A stretch of 64,000 bases of DNA from a virus, in the IMG/VR virus record IMGVR_UViG_3300031369_000002, positions 1 through 64,000 of that record; one strand, 5' to 3'. Shown here one piece after another: positions 63,336-64,000 of the stretch (the first letter of the stretch is position 1; each line of letters begins with the position of its first letter). Position numbers and translations under genes: made by a program. Under the pieces are notes generated by a model that saw nothing but the letters and a program-made list of their open reading frames with translations, made no database searches and was not told the origin of the DNA.

Positions 63336-64000
63336 CTATGAATTTAATAAGCTATCAAAATCCACCGTATCCGCTTTAACATTATCAGCAGGATTACTAC
63401 CAATATTATCAAGCAAATCAGGCACATTATTAGTAGCAGGGGCATTATTGCTAAGTACATTATTATCCACTTTAGATAAATCTTTTGCCCCTCCATTAGT
63501 AACTAGCCCAGGATTTTGACCTTGATTATTGCTAGGTACATTATTGCCTAATAAATCATCAAAATTAGTGCTAGATACATTATTATTAGCAACATTAGTA
63601 GGCCCACTATTTGAAACATTAGGCACATTAATCGCAGGAGTCTGGTTTTGAACATTAGGCACATTATTAACAGGAGTTTGATTTTGTACATTAGGCACAA
63701 CATTATTAACAGGAGCCGTATTATTACCTAGCAAAGCAGAAAAATCTGTATTAGCAGGAATATTAGGCTGACCTTGATTAACAGGAGGAGTAACACCCTG
63801 AGCAGCACCATTCAATATACTATTAATATCCGTATTAGCATATTGAGGCACAGTAGTAGAAGAACCAACAGCATCATTTATAACTTTGTCTATCTCTTCT
63901 AATTTGCTAACATCTCGACCTAATAATCTCCTCATATCACCACCATATTTATGCATGATATTTTTATACTCCGCTACAACCTGAGCCTTTAGATTAGCAT
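63336..64000 (-). CDS. Probable single-stranded DNA-binding protein, C-terminal part (5'-truncated)
   Basis: Frame stays open to the window end; long Asn/Pro-rich disordered tail ending DFDSLLNS, similar to acidic-hydrophobic SSB tails; upstream of resolvase/recA. Confidence 0.5.
   Translation of the reverse strand, partial: ANLKAQVVAEYKNIMHKYGGDMRRLLGRDVSKLEEIDKVINDAVGSSTTVPQYANTDINSILNGAAQGVTPPVNQGQPNIPANTDFSALLGNNTAPVNNVVPNVQNQTPVNNVPNVQNQTPAINVPNVSNSGPTNVANNNVSSTNFDDLLGNNVPSNNQGQNPGLVTNGGAKDLSKVDNNVLSNNAPATNNVPDLLDNIGSNPADNVKADTVDFDSLLNS
63610..63720 (-). repeat. Coding tandem repeat (NVPNVQNQTP, about 3 copies)
   Basis: acattaggcac recurs three times at about 35-40 bp spacing. Confidence 0.75.

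Noticed and set aside
1-64000. tRNA genes, integrase/att, reverse transcriptase/DGR, introns/inteins, stop-codon recoding
   Set aside because: No cloverleaf, recombinase, RT or splicing motifs seen; conserved genes are uninterrupted in the standard code.

Overview
A 64-kb internal segment of a large, AT-rich tailed phage genome, most likely a siphovirus of a Firmicutes (probably Clostridia-like) host, judged from the sigmaA-type promoters and GGAGG ribosome binding sites. Every convincing gene is on the minus strand. In transcription order (right to left) it holds: (i) a recombination/replication block with a probable SSB tail, RuvC-like resolvase, RecA, DUF932, a Rad50/SbcC ATPase split into two genes, Mre11/SbcD, a PD-(D/E)XK nuclease and a beta clamp; (ii) about 35 kb of accessory/early genes, mostly small hypotheticals, plus Bro-N, PAPS-reductase-like, RyR-domain, HAD, amidoligase, DNA methylase, HTH, a 951-aa radical SAM enzyme and DnaX; (iii) the virion module from terminase to the tail tip. 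No integrase, tRNA or CRISPR array was seen. The most striking unexplained structure is regulatory and non-coding. Ten promoters share a related, mostly palindromic -35 box, and seven of them start with the same 5' leader (ATAAGATAAA...SD). One of the same promoters drives a structured RNA carrying the reverse complement of that leader, a candidate trans-acting shut-off sRNA. There is also a second promoter class (WWAC/GTAC-N20-RGGTATAA, 8 copies), three leaders with loop-loop complementary hairpins, about 7 ORF-less promoter-terminator units and a strand-biased GGAAGCTRAG motif. Many unannotated micro zinc-finger ORFs are present, including two PHD-finger-like proteins. All calls come from reading the sequence by eye; no searches were run.
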